Assembly: GCA_017517705.1 (NCBI GenBank)
Contig: JAFWYM010000024.1
Location: forward strand, 9,800-73,799
From: Alistipes sp.
GTDB lineage: Bacteria; Bacteroidota; Bacteroidia; Bacteroidales; Rikenellaceae
Direction of reading: 5' to 3'
Length of the DNA: 64,000 nucleotides
Part shown: in pieces, positions 28,687 to 38,845 of the stretch
Layout: every line of letters begins with the position of its first letter
Numbering within the stretch: position 1 is the first letter of the stretch
Program-made: the position numbers and the translations under genes
Notes under the pieces: model-generated
What the model was told of the DNA's origin: nothing
The model's database searches: none
Seen by the model: only the letters and a program-made list of their open reading frames with translations

Positions 28687-28869
28687 CAAAAAAAGTGGCA
28701 ATTAGCAATTTTTTCGAGTTTTTTTGTACAGCAATGACCCCTCTTGCAGTTTTTGCAGTGGCCACAGCCTACCCTCTCGCCACGAGTGGAGGACAACTAC
28801 GGGCGGGTGCGTAGGCTTGTGCAGGAGGTGAAGTAGTAGACGTCTACTTATTTAGCATGGTTCCGAGCT

Positions 28870-29694
28870 CTACGATATGGCGAAGTCGCGGAGGGCATCG
28901 TTCAGCGAGGTCTTCTTATCCGTAGACTCCTTGCGGCGGCCGATAATCAAGGCGCACTGCACGCCATACTCGCCCGCGGGGAACTTCTTATTATAGGTAC
29001 CCGACACCACTACCGAGCGTGGGGGTACGTAGCCCTTATACTCCACGGGCTCCGTGCCCGTGACGTCGATGATATGCGTCGAGCCGGTAATCACCGTGTT
29101 CGAGCCGAGCACCGCCTCGCGACATACGTGTGCGCCCTCGACAACAATCGAGCGCGAGCCTATGAAGCAGTTATCCTCGATAATGACGGGTGAGGCCTGC
29201 ACGGGCTCCAGCACACCGCCTATGCCTACGCCACCCGAGAGGTGGACATTCTTGCCTATCTGCGCACACGAGCCCACCGTAGCCCACGTGTCGACCATAG
29301 TACCCGTATCGACATAGGCACCGATGTTTACATACGAGGGCATAAGTATCGCTCCCGGGGCTATATAGGCACCATAGCGAGCTACGGCATGTGGCACAAC
29401 CCTCACGCCAAGCTCCTCGTAGCCGCGCTTAAGCTCCATCTTATCGTACCACTCGAGCTCGCCCGCCTGCATCGTGCGCATGGTCTGTATGGGGAAGTAC
29501 ATGATGATGGCCTTCTTGACCCACTCGTTCACCTGCCACTGGCTATTCTCCAGGTCTATAGGCTCGGCACAGCGCAACGCGCCCTTATCCACAGCCTCAA
29601 CGATGCTGCGTATCGTAGCCTTAACCTCCTCCTTCTGAAGCAATGAGCGGTCCGCCCACGCCTCCTCTACAATCTTCTTCTCTATCTCAAACAT
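28870..29694 (-). CDS. dapD: 2,3,4,5-tetrahydropyridine-2,6-dicarboxylate N-succinyltransferase
   Basis: WQVNEWVKKAI, VNIGAYVD, DTWATVGSCAQIG, GGVLEP, STDKKTSLNDALR. Confidence 0.96.
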   Translation of the reverse strand: MFEIEKKIVEEAWADRSLLQKEEVKATIRSIVEAVDKGALRCAEPIDLENSQWQVNEWVKKAIIMYFPIQTMRTMQAGELEWYDKMELKRGYEELGVRVVPHAVARYGAYIAPGAILMPSYVNIGAYVDTGTMVDTWATVGSCAQIGKNVHLSGGVGIGGVLEPVQASPVIIEDNCFIGSRSIVVEGAHVCREAVLGSNTVITGSTHIIDVTGTEPVEYKGYVPPRSVVVSGTYNKKFPAGEYGVQCALIIGRRKESTDKKTSLNDALRDFAIS

Positions 29695-29706
29695 GACAAT
29701 TAGCAA

Positions 29707-31578
29707 TTAATTCATTAACACATCTATAGCCCCAAGCAGCGCCTCCTCGTCGTAGCCACAGTCGGCATACAACTCCGCGGGCTTACCCTGCTCCACGAAG
29801 CAGTCGTCGATGCCGAGGTTTTTCACACGGGGCGTAAATCCCTCGCGGCTGAGGTGCGCAACGACGGCCTCACCCACGCCTCCGCGAATGATGCCATCCT
29901 CGATGGTGATCACACGCTTAAAGCGCTTACCCACCTCGCGCAACAACCTATCGTCTAAGGGCTTAGCATATCTAAGGTCGTAGACGGCAACGCTGTGCTT
30001 GCTACGCTCGGCAGCACGCAGTGCCACATTTGCCATAGTGCCGATGGCGACAATGGCAACATCCTGACCCTCGCGCAAACGCTCACCACAGCCCACCTCG
30101 ACACCTTCAAAGGGGGTATTCTCCCACTCTACGCCCTCGCCAACACCTCGCGGGTAGCGCACGACCGTAGGATAGTCGGCCTTGGATGCCGTATACATCA
30201 TCTGGCGCAACATCCACTCGTTGCGCGGTGCGGCAATCACCACATTGGGCACACAGCCGAAGTAGGCCAGATCGAAGGCTCCGTGGTGTGTAGCACCATC
30301 CTCGCCAACGATGCCGGCGCGGTCGAGGCATAATACCACAGGTAACTTTTGCAACGCCACATCGTGGATGACATTGTCGTAGGCACGCTGCATAAACGAC
30401 GAATATATGTTACAGAAGGGGCGTCCTCCCGCTGCGGCTATGCCTGCAGAGAAGGTCACAGCATGCCCCTCGGCAATGCCCACATCGAAGCATCGCTCGG
30501 GCATCTGACGCATGACGATATTCATCGAGCACCCCGAGGGCATGGCGGGCGTGATGCCCACGATGCGCTCATCCTCGCGTGCAAGGTCCAGGAGCGTCTG
30601 GCCAAAGACATCCTGATAGCGCGCTGCGGCATAGCTACCCTTGATGCGCTCGCCCGTAGCCACATCGAAGCGTCCGGGAGCGTGCCATACTGCAGGGTCA
30701 GCCTCAGCCGGAGCATAGCCCTTACCCTTCGTGGTCTTTACGTGCAGGAGCTTGGGGCCTCCAATCTGCTTTAGCGCCTCGAAGGTGCGTATCAGCTCAT
30801 CTATATTATGGCCATCCACAGGCCCGAAGTATCTGAAGTTGAGACTCTCAAAGAGGTTGCTATTCTGCAACAACCCCTGCTTCACGGCATTTCCGGCCTT
30901 GCGCACCAAGCGATGCACGGGGGGCACGACGGCAAGGCCGCGCCAGAGCGTATTCTTAAGGTTGTTATACCAGCGCGACGTAGACATACGCACGAGGTAG
31001 CGGTCGAGAGCTCCCGAGGGCTTATCTATGGACATCTCGTTGTCATTCAATATAACGAGGATGTCGGTCTTAGGCGAGGCACCCGCATTATTCAACCCCT
31101 CGAAGGCGAGGCCTCCGGTGAGGGCTCCGTCGCCGATGACGGCCACAACATGATCACCCCTACCCTGCATCTCCAGAGCCTTGGCCATACCGAAGGCCGC
31201 CGAGATACTCACCGAGGCGTGACCTGCGCCAAAGGCGTCGTAGCGACTCTCCTCAATACGCGGGAAGCCACTTATGCCACCACGCATGCGGTTGCGAAGG
31301 AAGGCATCGCGACGCTCCGTAATAATCTTATGGGCGTAAGCCTGATGTCCCACATCCCAGACTATGCGATCGTCGGGCGTGGCATAGACATAGTGCAACG
31401 CCACCGTGAGCTCCACGGTGCCGAGGCTCGAGCCCAGATGGCCGGGGTTCACGGCGCAACACTCGACGATATAGCGACGCAACTCCTCGGAGTAACCCTT
31501 AAGCTCCTCCCTCGAGAGACGACGCAGATCGTCGGGACTATCCACCGCCATAAGGCGCTTATACTCAACTTCACCCAT
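29707..31578 (-). CDS. dxs: 1-deoxy-D-xylulose-5-phosphate synthase
   Basis: GHLGSSLG, WDVGHQAYAHK, GDGALTGG, ILNDNEMSI, GIAEGHAV, DRAGIVGEDGATH. Start taken as ATG 31578. Confidence 0.97.
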   Translation of the reverse strand: MGEVEYKRLMAVDSPDDLRRLSREELKGYSEELRRYIVECCAVNPGHLGSSLGTVELTVALHYVYATPDDRIVWDVGHQAYAHKIITERRDAFLRNRMRGGISGFPRIEESRYDAFGAGHASVSISAAFGMAKALEMQGRGDHVVAVIGDGALTGGLAFEGLNNAGASPKTDILVILNDNEMSIDKPSGALDRYLVRMSTSRWYNNLKNTLWRGLAVVPPVHRLVRKAGNAVKQGLLQNSNLFESLNFRYFGPVDGHNIDELIRTFEALKQIGGPKLLHVKTTKGKGYAPAEADPAVWHAPGRFDVATGERIKGSYAAARYQDVFGQTLLDLAREDERIVGITPAMPSGCSMNIVMRQMPERCFDVGIAEGHAVTFSAGIAAAGGRPFCNIYSSFMQRAYDNVIHDVALQKLPVVLCLDRAGIVGEDGATHHGAFDLAYFGCVPNVVIAAPRNEWMLRQMMYTASKADYPTVVRYPRGVGEGVEWENTPFEGVEVGCGERLREGQDVAIVAIGTMANVALRAAERSKHSVAVYDLRYAKPLDDRLLREVGKRFKRVITIEDGIIRGGVGEAVVAHLSREGFTPRVKNLGIDDCFVEQGKPAELYADCGYDEEALLGAIDVLMN

Positions 31579-31935
31579 TCTTTGCTTCGTTATATCATTT
31601 GCCACAACTACATGCAATGATTCTACAAATATAGTGATTTTTTATGGAACGCCCAACTATGAAGTCGTTTAAATTTCGTCGACACCATCCACATTGAGCT
31701 ATTTACGCTCTTTGTCCGCTACTGTTCAACCACATAGCATCCGTCTCATACGTCCCGAAATATATGCTACCGACAGGGATGCACCTTTATGGCAATCTGA
31801 AGAACATACCCCAAACGACTTTTAAAAGACAAAAACCGTACTCCAAAAAATAAAAATCGAAACTAAGGGATAAAAAATTGCTCATTTTTACAAAAAAATT
31901 CGTATCTTCGCAAATCATTAATATGTAATTCTATT

Positions 31936-32655
31936 ATGGCAACATCGAAATACCGCAGAATACTTCTTAAGCTTAGCGGCGAGTCGCTGCAGGGCAAGCA
32001 AAACTATGGTCACGACGTCGAGGTACTCAACGCCTATGCCGAGCAGATCAAGCGCATCAAGGATATGGGTGTGGAGATAGGCATCGTCATCGGCGGTGGC
32101 AACATCTTCCGTGGCATACAGGGCGCAGGCCGTGGCTTCGACCGCGTGAAGGGCGACCAGATGGGTATGCTCGCAACGATAATCAACTCGTTGGCATTGC
32201 AGTCGGCATTAGAGTCGGCAGGCGTAAAGTGCAAGGTGCTCACATCGATACGCATGGAGCCCATTGGCGAGTACTACTCTAAGGCTAAGGCCATAGAGTA
32301 TCTCGAGGCGGGATATGTCGTCATCATCGGAGGTGGCACATCGAACCCCTACTTCTCGACAGACACAGCCTCGGCACTCCGCGGCATAGAGATCGAAGCC
32401 GAGGTTATGTTCAAGGGCACACGTGTGGATGGCATTTACACGGCCGACCCCGAGAAGGATCCCACAGCAACGAAGTTCGACACCATAACCTTCGATGAGG
32501 TATTGGCACGTCGCTTGAAGGTGATGGATCAGACGGCCTTCACGCTATGTCGCGAAAACCACCTCTCGCTCATAGTCTTCGATATGGACACACCCGGCAA
32601 CCTCGAGCGCGTTGTCGCCGGCGAGAATATTGGCACGATAGTTACTGAGGAATAA
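31936..32655 (+). CDS. pyrH: UMP kinase
   Basis: LLKLSGESL, IGGGNIFRG, DQMGMLAT, PYFSTD, VDGIYTADP. Confidence 0.98.
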   Translation: MATSKYRRILLKLSGESLQGKQNYGHDVEVLNAYAEQIKRIKDMGVEIGIVIGGGNIFRGIQGAGRGFDRVKGDQMGMLATIINSLALQSALESAGVKCKVLTSIRMEPIGEYYSKAKAIEYLEAGYVVIIGGGTSNPYFSTDTASALRGIEIEAEVMFKGTRVDGIYTADPEKDPTATKFDTITFDEVLARRLKVMDQTAFTLCRENHLSLIVFDMDTPGNLERVVAGENIGTIVTEE

Positions 32656-32670
32656 ATAAAGATTTTTGAT

Positions 32671-33267
32671 ATGGCAATGCAAACAAAACACAAGAAGCGT
32701 GGCTCGACACTCACGCTCATCCTTATGCTCATAGTACTCCTTGGCCTTGTGGTAGCGATAATCTTCTGGCCCGTGGAGGCCAAGGCTTCACCCGAGCCTG
32801 CGCTCACCGAGCAGGACGACCTCGAGGAGACGACACTCGTACGCACGGGCGACATAGCCCCCGACTTTACGGTTAAGATGACCGACGGCCGCAAGCTGAC
32901 ACTCTCGGCACTGCGCGGCAAGGTTGTCCTGGTGAACTTCTGGGCCACGTGGTGTCCTCCCTGCCGTCAGGAGCTGGCACACATGCAGACGGGCATCTTA
33001 GATCCCTTTGCGGGCACAGATCTTGTGGTGATACCTATCTCGCGCGGCGAGACACGCGCGACGGTTGAGTCATTCATCCACAAGATGGGCTACACCTTCC
33101 CCGTAGGTATCGACGAGAATAAGTCGATATACCTCAAGTATGCCACCAACTACGTACCTCGCTCGTTCGTCATCGACCGCGAGGGTAAGGTAGTATACAG
33201 CGTCGCAGGCTACGACGAGACTGTCGCTCGCGAGATCAACGAGGCCATAACCAACGCCCTACGCTAA
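32671..33267 (+). CDS. Membrane-anchored TlpA/ResA-like disulfide reductase
   Basis: Single N-terminal transmembrane helix; APDFT, VLVNFWATWCPPC, VPRSFVID. Confidence 0.9.
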   Translation: MAMQTKHKKRGSTLTLILMLIVLLGLVVAIIFWPVEAKASPEPALTEQDDLEETTLVRTGDIAPDFTVKMTDGRKLTLSALRGKVVLVNFWATWCPPCRQELAHMQTGILDPFAGTDLVVIPISRGETRATVESFIHKMGYTFPVGIDENKSIYLKYATNYVPRSFVIDREGKVVYSVAGYDETVAREINEAITNALR

Positions 33268-33299
33268 GATTGCAATCAAACCAACAAAGAGATAAAAGT

Positions 33300-33857
33300 A
33301 TGGATACCAAGACTATTTTAAATGAGACGACCGACCGTATGCAGCGCGCCGTAGACCACCTTACTGAGGAGCTGCTCAACATCCGCGCAGGCAAAGCATC
33401 GGTGAATGTCTTAAATGGTGTATTTGTCGACTATTACGGCTCGCAGACACCCGTATCGGGCGTAGCCAGCGTAACGGTGCCCGACGCCAAGACCGTGCTT
33501 ATCCAGCCTTGGGATAAGAATATGATTCGTTTGATCGAGAAGGCCATCATCGACTCTAACATAGGCCTTACACCCTCGAACAATGGCGAGCAGATTCGTC
33601 TCTCGATACCCCCTCTTACGGAGGAGCGCCGTAAGGAGATTGTTAAGAAGGTTAAGGGCGAGGGTGAGACCGCACGCATAAGCCTACGTAACGCACGCCG
33701 CGATGCTGTCGAGGCCTTCAAGAAAGCACAGAAGGATGGCATGTCGGAGGACGAGCAGAAGGATGGCGAGGCTCAGGTGCAGAAGCTCCTCGAGAAGTTC
33801 TCAAAGCTCCTCGACGTGGAGCTCGAGAAGAAGGAGAAGGAGGTAATGACCGTATAA
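33300..33857 (+). CDS. frr: Ribosome recycling factor
   Basis: IRAGKAS, IQPWDK, IGLTPSNNG, PPLTEERRKE, LRNARRD. Start taken as ATG 33300. Confidence 0.97.
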   Translation: MDTKTILNETTDRMQRAVDHLTEELLNIRAGKASVNVLNGVFVDYYGSQTPVSGVASVTVPDAKTVLIQPWDKNMIRLIEKAIIDSNIGLTPSNNGEQIRLSIPPLTEERRKEIVKKVKGEGETARISLRNARRDAVEAFKKAQKDGMSEDEQKDGEAQVQKLLEKFSKLLDVELEKKEKEVMTV

Positions 33858-33878
33858 GGTAGCCCCACCTACCGCTAT

Positions 33879-33921
33879 CTACCGCCGATGGATGGGATGT
33901 CTCACCATTGGCGGTAGTTTG
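33879..33921 (+). terminator. Terminator after frr
   Basis: CTACCGCCGATGG / CCATTGGCGGTAG stem (one G-U pair) followed by TTTG. Confidence 0.65.
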
Positions 33922-33967
33922 TATACACGACACCTATGATCTGTAGAACATACCTATAATAAATAAT

Positions 33968-35479
33968 ATGAACACCGCAACCATCATCGCTCTTATCTCT
34001 GGCGTGGGCGCCACTGTCGTTGCCTTCATTGTCGGGCGCATGGTTAACGCAAAAGCCGATAATAACACCGAGCTCGACACTCAGAAGGAGCATATCAATA
34101 CACTTAACCGCACCCTTGCCGAGCGCGACCATAAGATCGACTCCCTCATTGAGGAAGTTAGGCGTCTCACGGCCGAGCGCGATGTGGCGCACGCCAAGGC
34201 TGCGGCTGCAGAGGAGCAGGCGGAGCGCCTACGCCGCGAGGGACGCGAGGCGCTCGAAACACAGCAGGCGACACTAAAGGAGGCCTACGAGCAGCAACTT
34301 GCACATCTGAATAGACTCATTGAGGAGCAGCGCGAGGCCAACAAGCGCCAAGTGGAGGATCAGATGAAACTCATAAGCGAGCAGATGGTGGCCACCTCGG
34401 AGCGCGTGCTCAAGGCTCGCCAGGAGGAGCTCGGCGAGCGCAACGTGGAGCAGATGGCCAAGATTGTCGACCCCATAAACCTCGGACTTAAACTCATGCG
34501 CGAGGCTATCGACAACTCACAGAAGGAGCACAACGAGGCGATGACACGCCTCGATGCCACCATCGAGGCCAACATGAAAAATAGCCGCAACCTCGGCGAG
34601 ACTGCCGACCGTCTCACACGAGCACTTACGGGTGAAGTTAAGGTGCAGGGCAACTTCGGTGAGCTGAAGCTACGACAGCTCCTCGAGGATCTCGGTCTCA
34701 AGGAGGGCGAGCAGTACACCACACAGCAGGCGCTGAAGGATAAATTCGGCTCGCGCATAAAGAGCGACGACGACAAACGCCTAATCCCCGACTTCATACT
34801 CCACTTCCCCGACAACCGCGATGTCGTAGTCGACTCGAAGGTTAACATTATGCACTACGAGCTATACGTCAATGCCGAGGATGAAGCCACACGCTCGCAA
34901 CTATTGAAGGAGCATATCGCCAGCGTACGCCGCCAGGTCGACCTCCTCGCGAAGAAGGACTACAGCTCGTTCCTCGACTCGGGCTACGGCAAGCTCAACT
35001 TCGTCATTATGTATATGTTCCACGAGGGGGCACTCAACCTCGCACTTATGAACGACAACGGCCTATGGAAGTATGCCTACGACAATGGCGTACTCATTAT
35101 GGGGCCGCAGACGATGTATATGAACCTGCGCGTGCTGGAGCTTATGTGGACACAAAACCGCCAACTGAACAATCAACAGGCTATCATCAACGCCGCAGAG
35201 GAGATGATTAAGCGCGTACAGGTCTTTGCCGAGCGCTTCAAGAGTATCGAGGACGACTTCAACGCTACGCAGCGTCACTTCGTGGAGCTCAAACGCTCTA
35301 TAGCCAACAGTGGCCAGAGCATCATCACCTCTGCTCGCCACGTGATGGACTTCGGCGTCAAGGAGAATAAGAAGAAGGCGAGCATAGATGTCGTCTTTCC
35401 GAAAGATGAGGGCCTCGCAATAACCAATGATAATATCGAAATAGAGGCGACAGAGGCATCTACAGAGTCGATTTCGTAG
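33968..35479 (+). CDS. rmuC: DNA recombination protein RmuC
   Basis: N-terminal transmembrane helix, long coiled coil, QGNFGELKL, PD-(D/E)xK-like IPDFILHFPDNRDVVVDSK, VLIMGP. Confidence 0.93.
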   Translation: MNTATIIALISGVGATVVAFIVGRMVNAKADNNTELDTQKEHINTLNRTLAERDHKIDSLIEEVRRLTAERDVAHAKAAAAEEQAERLRREGREALETQQATLKEAYEQQLAHLNRLIEEQREANKRQVEDQMKLISEQMVATSERVLKARQEELGERNVEQMAKIVDPINLGLKLMREAIDNSQKEHNEAMTRLDATIEANMKNSRNLGETADRLTRALTGEVKVQGNFGELKLRQLLEDLGLKEGEQYTTQQALKDKFGSRIKSDDDKRLIPDFILHFPDNRDVVVDSKVNIMHYELYVNAEDEATRSQLLKEHIASVRRQVDLLAKKDYSSFLDSGYGKLNFVIMYMFHEGALNLALMNDNGLWKYAYDNGVLIMGPQTMYMNLRVLELMWTQNRQLNNQQAIINAAEEMIKRVQVFAERFKSIEDDFNATQRHFVELKRSIANSGQSIITSARHVMDFGVKENKKKASIDVVFPKDEGLAITNDNIEIEATEASTESIS

Positions 35480-35719
35480 GGCAACAAGAAAAAAGTGTAA
35501 TTTTTTAGAAAAATTTTTTTTAGCTATATTTCGATATTTTACTTGCCAAAAGTATTATCTTTATATCCATAATATCCGATATATAATATGGTCAAAATGT
35601 GGGTGTTATAAAAATAACATCGCCTTATTCAGGGGATCGAGGGGTATGAGCATCAATTTTAATTATGCACATATCCCTCTATTCATAGTTTTTGCTTATA
35701 TAGCTATAAGTATTTTTAG

Positions 35720-35751
35720 TTTGGAGAATTAGATTTCTTGCCATATATTTG
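35720..35751 (+). promoter_or_regulatory. Full-consensus Bacteroidetes promoter with no downstream CDS
   Basis: TTTG (35720-35723), a 20-nt spacer, then TATATTTG (35744-35751). Confidence 0.75.
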
Positions 35752-35757
35752 CACCAG

Positions 35758-35955
35758 AAACAAAGAGAAAAGGCCACAAAAAGGCGAGCAAGAGAGTCGT
35801 CCGGCCAAACAGAAAAAGGGATAATTGAGATTGAGAATATATTAGATATAAAGATGTGTAAGATGTAAGCGTAAAAATTTAGTAGTGTAAAAAGTTAATA
35901 ATTGTTTGTGTCCGTGAGCTGCCCGATTAATCCGTCGGGCAGTTCCATTTTTATT
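35758..35955 (+). ncRNA. Candidate small RNA (about 195 nt)
   Basis: Bounded by a consensus promoter and the terminator GAGCTGCCCGA/TCGGGCAGTTC plus T-run; no ORF beyond a few codons was noticed. Confidence 0.5.
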
Positions 35956-36129
35956 TACCAACGTGAATAACGAGCAGCCACATCGTGATAACCGAAAACG
36001 AAATAGCCGAAAGTTGCGCCGGGGAGCGAAAAGGCTTTCATCGCACCCTCTCAGCGTGGGTGTTGGGGAGAATAGGTAGAATATGGAGTTTAGGGAGTTT
36101 AAGGAAACTATAATTTACTACATTTCGCA

Positions 36130-36772
36130 AACTACTCGTATTACCCATACTACCCAGCCTCCCCACACTCAGATCCTTCGACTGCGCTTGCGCTCCGCTC
36201 AGGATGACAACGTGCCCTATAGACACTCTTGGCAACCCATAGTAACACATAGCTCCAATCACCCCCCCCCTGAACATCACGGGTATTATTTTTAATACCC
36301 GCAAGGCGGGGAGAGAGGGCGGGCATGTGACGAGAAAGGAACACGGTTGTCATGCTGAGCGTAGTCGAAGCATCTGGTACGTGGCGGTGTGCATGGAGTA
36401 CGATAACGAATAAAACATCACGGGTATTAAAAATAATACCCGCAAGAGTGTGAGTGGTGTTTATGTGCAGTGGCGAACTGAACACGGGTATTATTTTTAA
36501 TACCCGCAATACGGTAGAGGGGGGCTGTCATTCTGAACGAAGTGAAGAATCTGAGTGTGGGGAGAGTGGGTAATATGAGTAATATGGGTAGTATGGGTAG
36601 TTATTTGATAGCGCTCTACCCAGTCTACCCTCTCTACCCAATCTACCCAGGCTCCCCATAACTGCGCTATAAATTATGCGTCTCTTCGTCTCTTCGTCCC
36701 TACCGGATCCTTCGACTGCGCTTACGCTCCGCTCAGGATGACATAGAGGAAGAGGCTCCGCTAAGGATGACA
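36130..36772. repeat. REP/BIME-like palindromic cluster 2
   Basis: Same family as 18367-18763 (arms at 36171, 36348, 36526, 36705), plus three 22-bp CGGGTATTA-N4-TAATACCCG palindromes (36280, 36421, 36485) and degenerate 9-nt tandem repeats. Confidence 0.85.
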
Positions 36773-36846
36773 ATGTGCTCCATAAATATCGAGGCCGACT
36801 AAAAATCACTTTTCAGTCGGCCTCATACTCAATCCCTCGCGGGATA

Positions 36847-38034
36847 CTACTTCAATACGTTAAGCTTCTTGCCTACCTTAATGAAGGCCTCAACACAGCG
36901 GTCGAGCTGCTCGGTAGTGTGACCTGCCGACACCTGAACGCGGATACGTGCCTGACCCTTAGGTACTACGGGGTAGTAGAAGCCCGTAACGAATACGCCC
37001 TCCTGCTGCAACTCCGCAGCGAAGTCCTGAGAGAGCTTAGCGTCGTAGAGCATAACAGCGCAGATAGCCGACTGCGTAGGCTTGATATCGAAGCCTGCAG
37101 CAACCATCTTTGAGCGGAAGTGCTCAACGTTAGCAACAAGCTGATCGTGCAAAGCATCGCTCTCCTCGAGCATCTTGAACATCTCGATCGAGGCTCCCAC
37201 AACGGCAGGGGGCAACGAGTTAGAGAAGAGGTAGGGACGTGAACGCTGGCGGAGCATGTCGATAATCTCCTTGCGACCTGTCGTGAAGCCACCCACGGCA
37301 CCACCAAAGGCCTTACCAAGCGTACCTGTGAGGATATCCACCTTGCCACGGAGGTCGTAAAGCTCGGTAATACCGCGACCAGTCTTACCAAGAACACCTG
37401 CCGAGTGACACTCATCGACCATAACGAGAGCGTCGTACTTCTCCGCCAACTCGCAAATCTTATCCAGCGGAGCAGCATTACCGTCCATAGAGAAGACACC
37501 ATCGGTAACGATGATGCGGAAGCGCTGCGCCTGAGCCTGCTTCAAGCACTCCTCCAACTCAGCCATATCGGCATTAGCATAGCGGTAGCGCTGAGCCTTA
37601 CAGAGGCGTACACCGTCGATGATAGAGGCGTGGTTGAGAGCATCCGAGATGATAGCATCCTCGGCCGTAAAGAGGGGCTCGAAGACACCACCATTAGCAT
37701 CGAAGCAGGCAGCGTAGAGGATGGTATCCTCCGTGCCGAAGTAGTCGGCGATAGCCTTCTCGAGCTCCTTGTGCATATCCTGGCAACCACAGATGAAACG
37801 TACAGACGACATACCGAAGCCACGCTCATCCATAGCGCGCTTAGCGGCGTCGATAAGACGCTGGTTGTCCGAGAGGCCGAGGTAGTTGTTGGCACAGAAG
37901 TTCAAAACGGGGCGGTTAGCCACGTCGATCTCTGCACGCTGGGGCGACTCGATAATACGCTCAGTCTTGTACAAGCCGGCAGCCTTAATCTCGGCCAGCT
38001 CGTTCTGCAAATGCTGCTGAAATTTTCCGTACAT
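36847..38034 (-). CDS. kbl: Glycine C-acetyltransferase (2-amino-3-ketobutyrate CoA ligase)
   Basis: NFCANNYLGL, SVRFICG, SDALNHASIIDG, TDGVFSMDG, TGTLGKAFGG, RQRSRPYLFSN. Confidence 0.97.
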   Translation of the reverse strand: MYGKFQQHLQNELAEIKAAGLYKTERIIESPQRAEIDVANRPVLNFCANNYLGLSDNQRLIDAAKRAMDERGFGMSSVRFICGCQDMHKELEKAIADYFGTEDTILYAACFDANGGVFEPLFTAEDAIISDALNHASIIDGVRLCKAQRYRYANADMAELEECLKQAQAQRFRIIVTDGVFSMDGNAAPLDKICELAEKYDALVMVDECHSAGVLGKTGRGITELYDLRGKVDILTGTLGKAFGGAVGGFTTGRKEIIDMLRQRSRPYLFSNSLPPAVVGASIEMFKMLEESDALHDQLVANVEHFRSKMVAAGFDIKPTQSAICAVMLYDAKLSQDFAAELQQEGVFVTGFYYPVVPKGQARIRVQVSAGHTTEQLDRCVEAFIKVGKKLNVLK

Positions 38035-38248
38035 TGTCTTAATAATTTAAGTTGTTATTGTATAGTTTCCTTCTCTCAGACTCCATTATGTCATCCGTGG
38101 TAACACCACCGCGACACAATACGTTACAAAGTTAGTAATTTTTGACATAAAAACAACACGGATACTGAGAATTTTATTCGCTATATGCTTAAAAGGGCCA
38201 AGCACCCAAAAATCGGCCGATACTAAGGGGATTATCCAAATTTATCGC

Positions 38249-38342
38249 TATCTTTGCCATCGTAACGATGAGCCTACTACTGCGCTGTATTACATATAAT
38301 TATTGTATCACGCGCTGTGACCACATCTTTTTCGTACCTTTG
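38249..38342 (+). promoter_or_regulatory. Two tandem -7 elements upstream of queD-polA
   Basis: TATCTTTG (38249-38256) and TACCTTTG (38335-38342). Confidence 0.55.
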
Positions 38343-38386
38343 TGGTATGGCTTGTATAGTGAATTGAAACTAAAAACAATAAAAGA

Positions 38387-38839
38387 ATGTCAATAATAAG
38401 ACTTACTAAGGAGTTTACCTTCGAAGCAGCACATATGCTCGAGGGTTACGACGGTCTCTGTCGCGAGATTCACGGACACTCATACCGTCTCTTTGTCACC
38501 GTCAAGGGCGAGCCACAGAGCGACCCCAGCTCGCCGAAGCTCGGCATGGTGATGGACTTCGGCATACTTAAGCGCATCGTCAACGAACAGATTGTCGAGC
38601 GCCTCGACCACGCCTTTATGATGCGACGCTCGGAGCGTGCCGAGGAGGTGGCAGAGACTCTCGGCATGCAGTTTTCGAAGGTGGTGCTCACGGAGTATCA
38701 GCCTACGTGCGAGAATATGCTTGCCGACTTTGCCGAGCGCATACTCGGAGCCCTGCCCGACGAGGTGGAGCTATGCTCGCTGAAGCTCCACGAGACAGCA
38801 ACATCCTTTGCCGAATGGTATGCATCCGATAACCTGTAA
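38387..38839 (+). CDS. queD: 6-carboxytetrahydropterin synthase
   Basis: FTFEAAH, LCREIHGHSY, MVMDFG, LDH, PTCEN, LHET. Confidence 0.9.
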   Translation: MSIIRLTKEFTFEAAHMLEGYDGLCREIHGHSYRLFVTVKGEPQSDPSSPKLGMVMDFGILKRIVNEQIVERLDHAFMMRRSERAEEVAETLGMQFSKVVLTEYQPTCENMLADFAERILGALPDEVELCSLKLHETATSFAEWYASDNL

Positions 38840-38845
38840 CCGACC

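Noticed and set aside
28835-28848. 14-bp perfect palindrome AGTAGACGTCTACT after dapD
   Set aside because: Single copy at a gene end, best explained as part of a terminator; nothing else supports an operator or att site.
29586-29594. TTATCCACA DnaA-box match
   Set aside because: An isolated match inside the dapD coding sequence.
35480-35740. AT-rich tract as a replication origin
   Set aside because: No clustered TTATCCACA-like DnaA boxes were seen, and there is no dnaA, gidA or similar neighbour.
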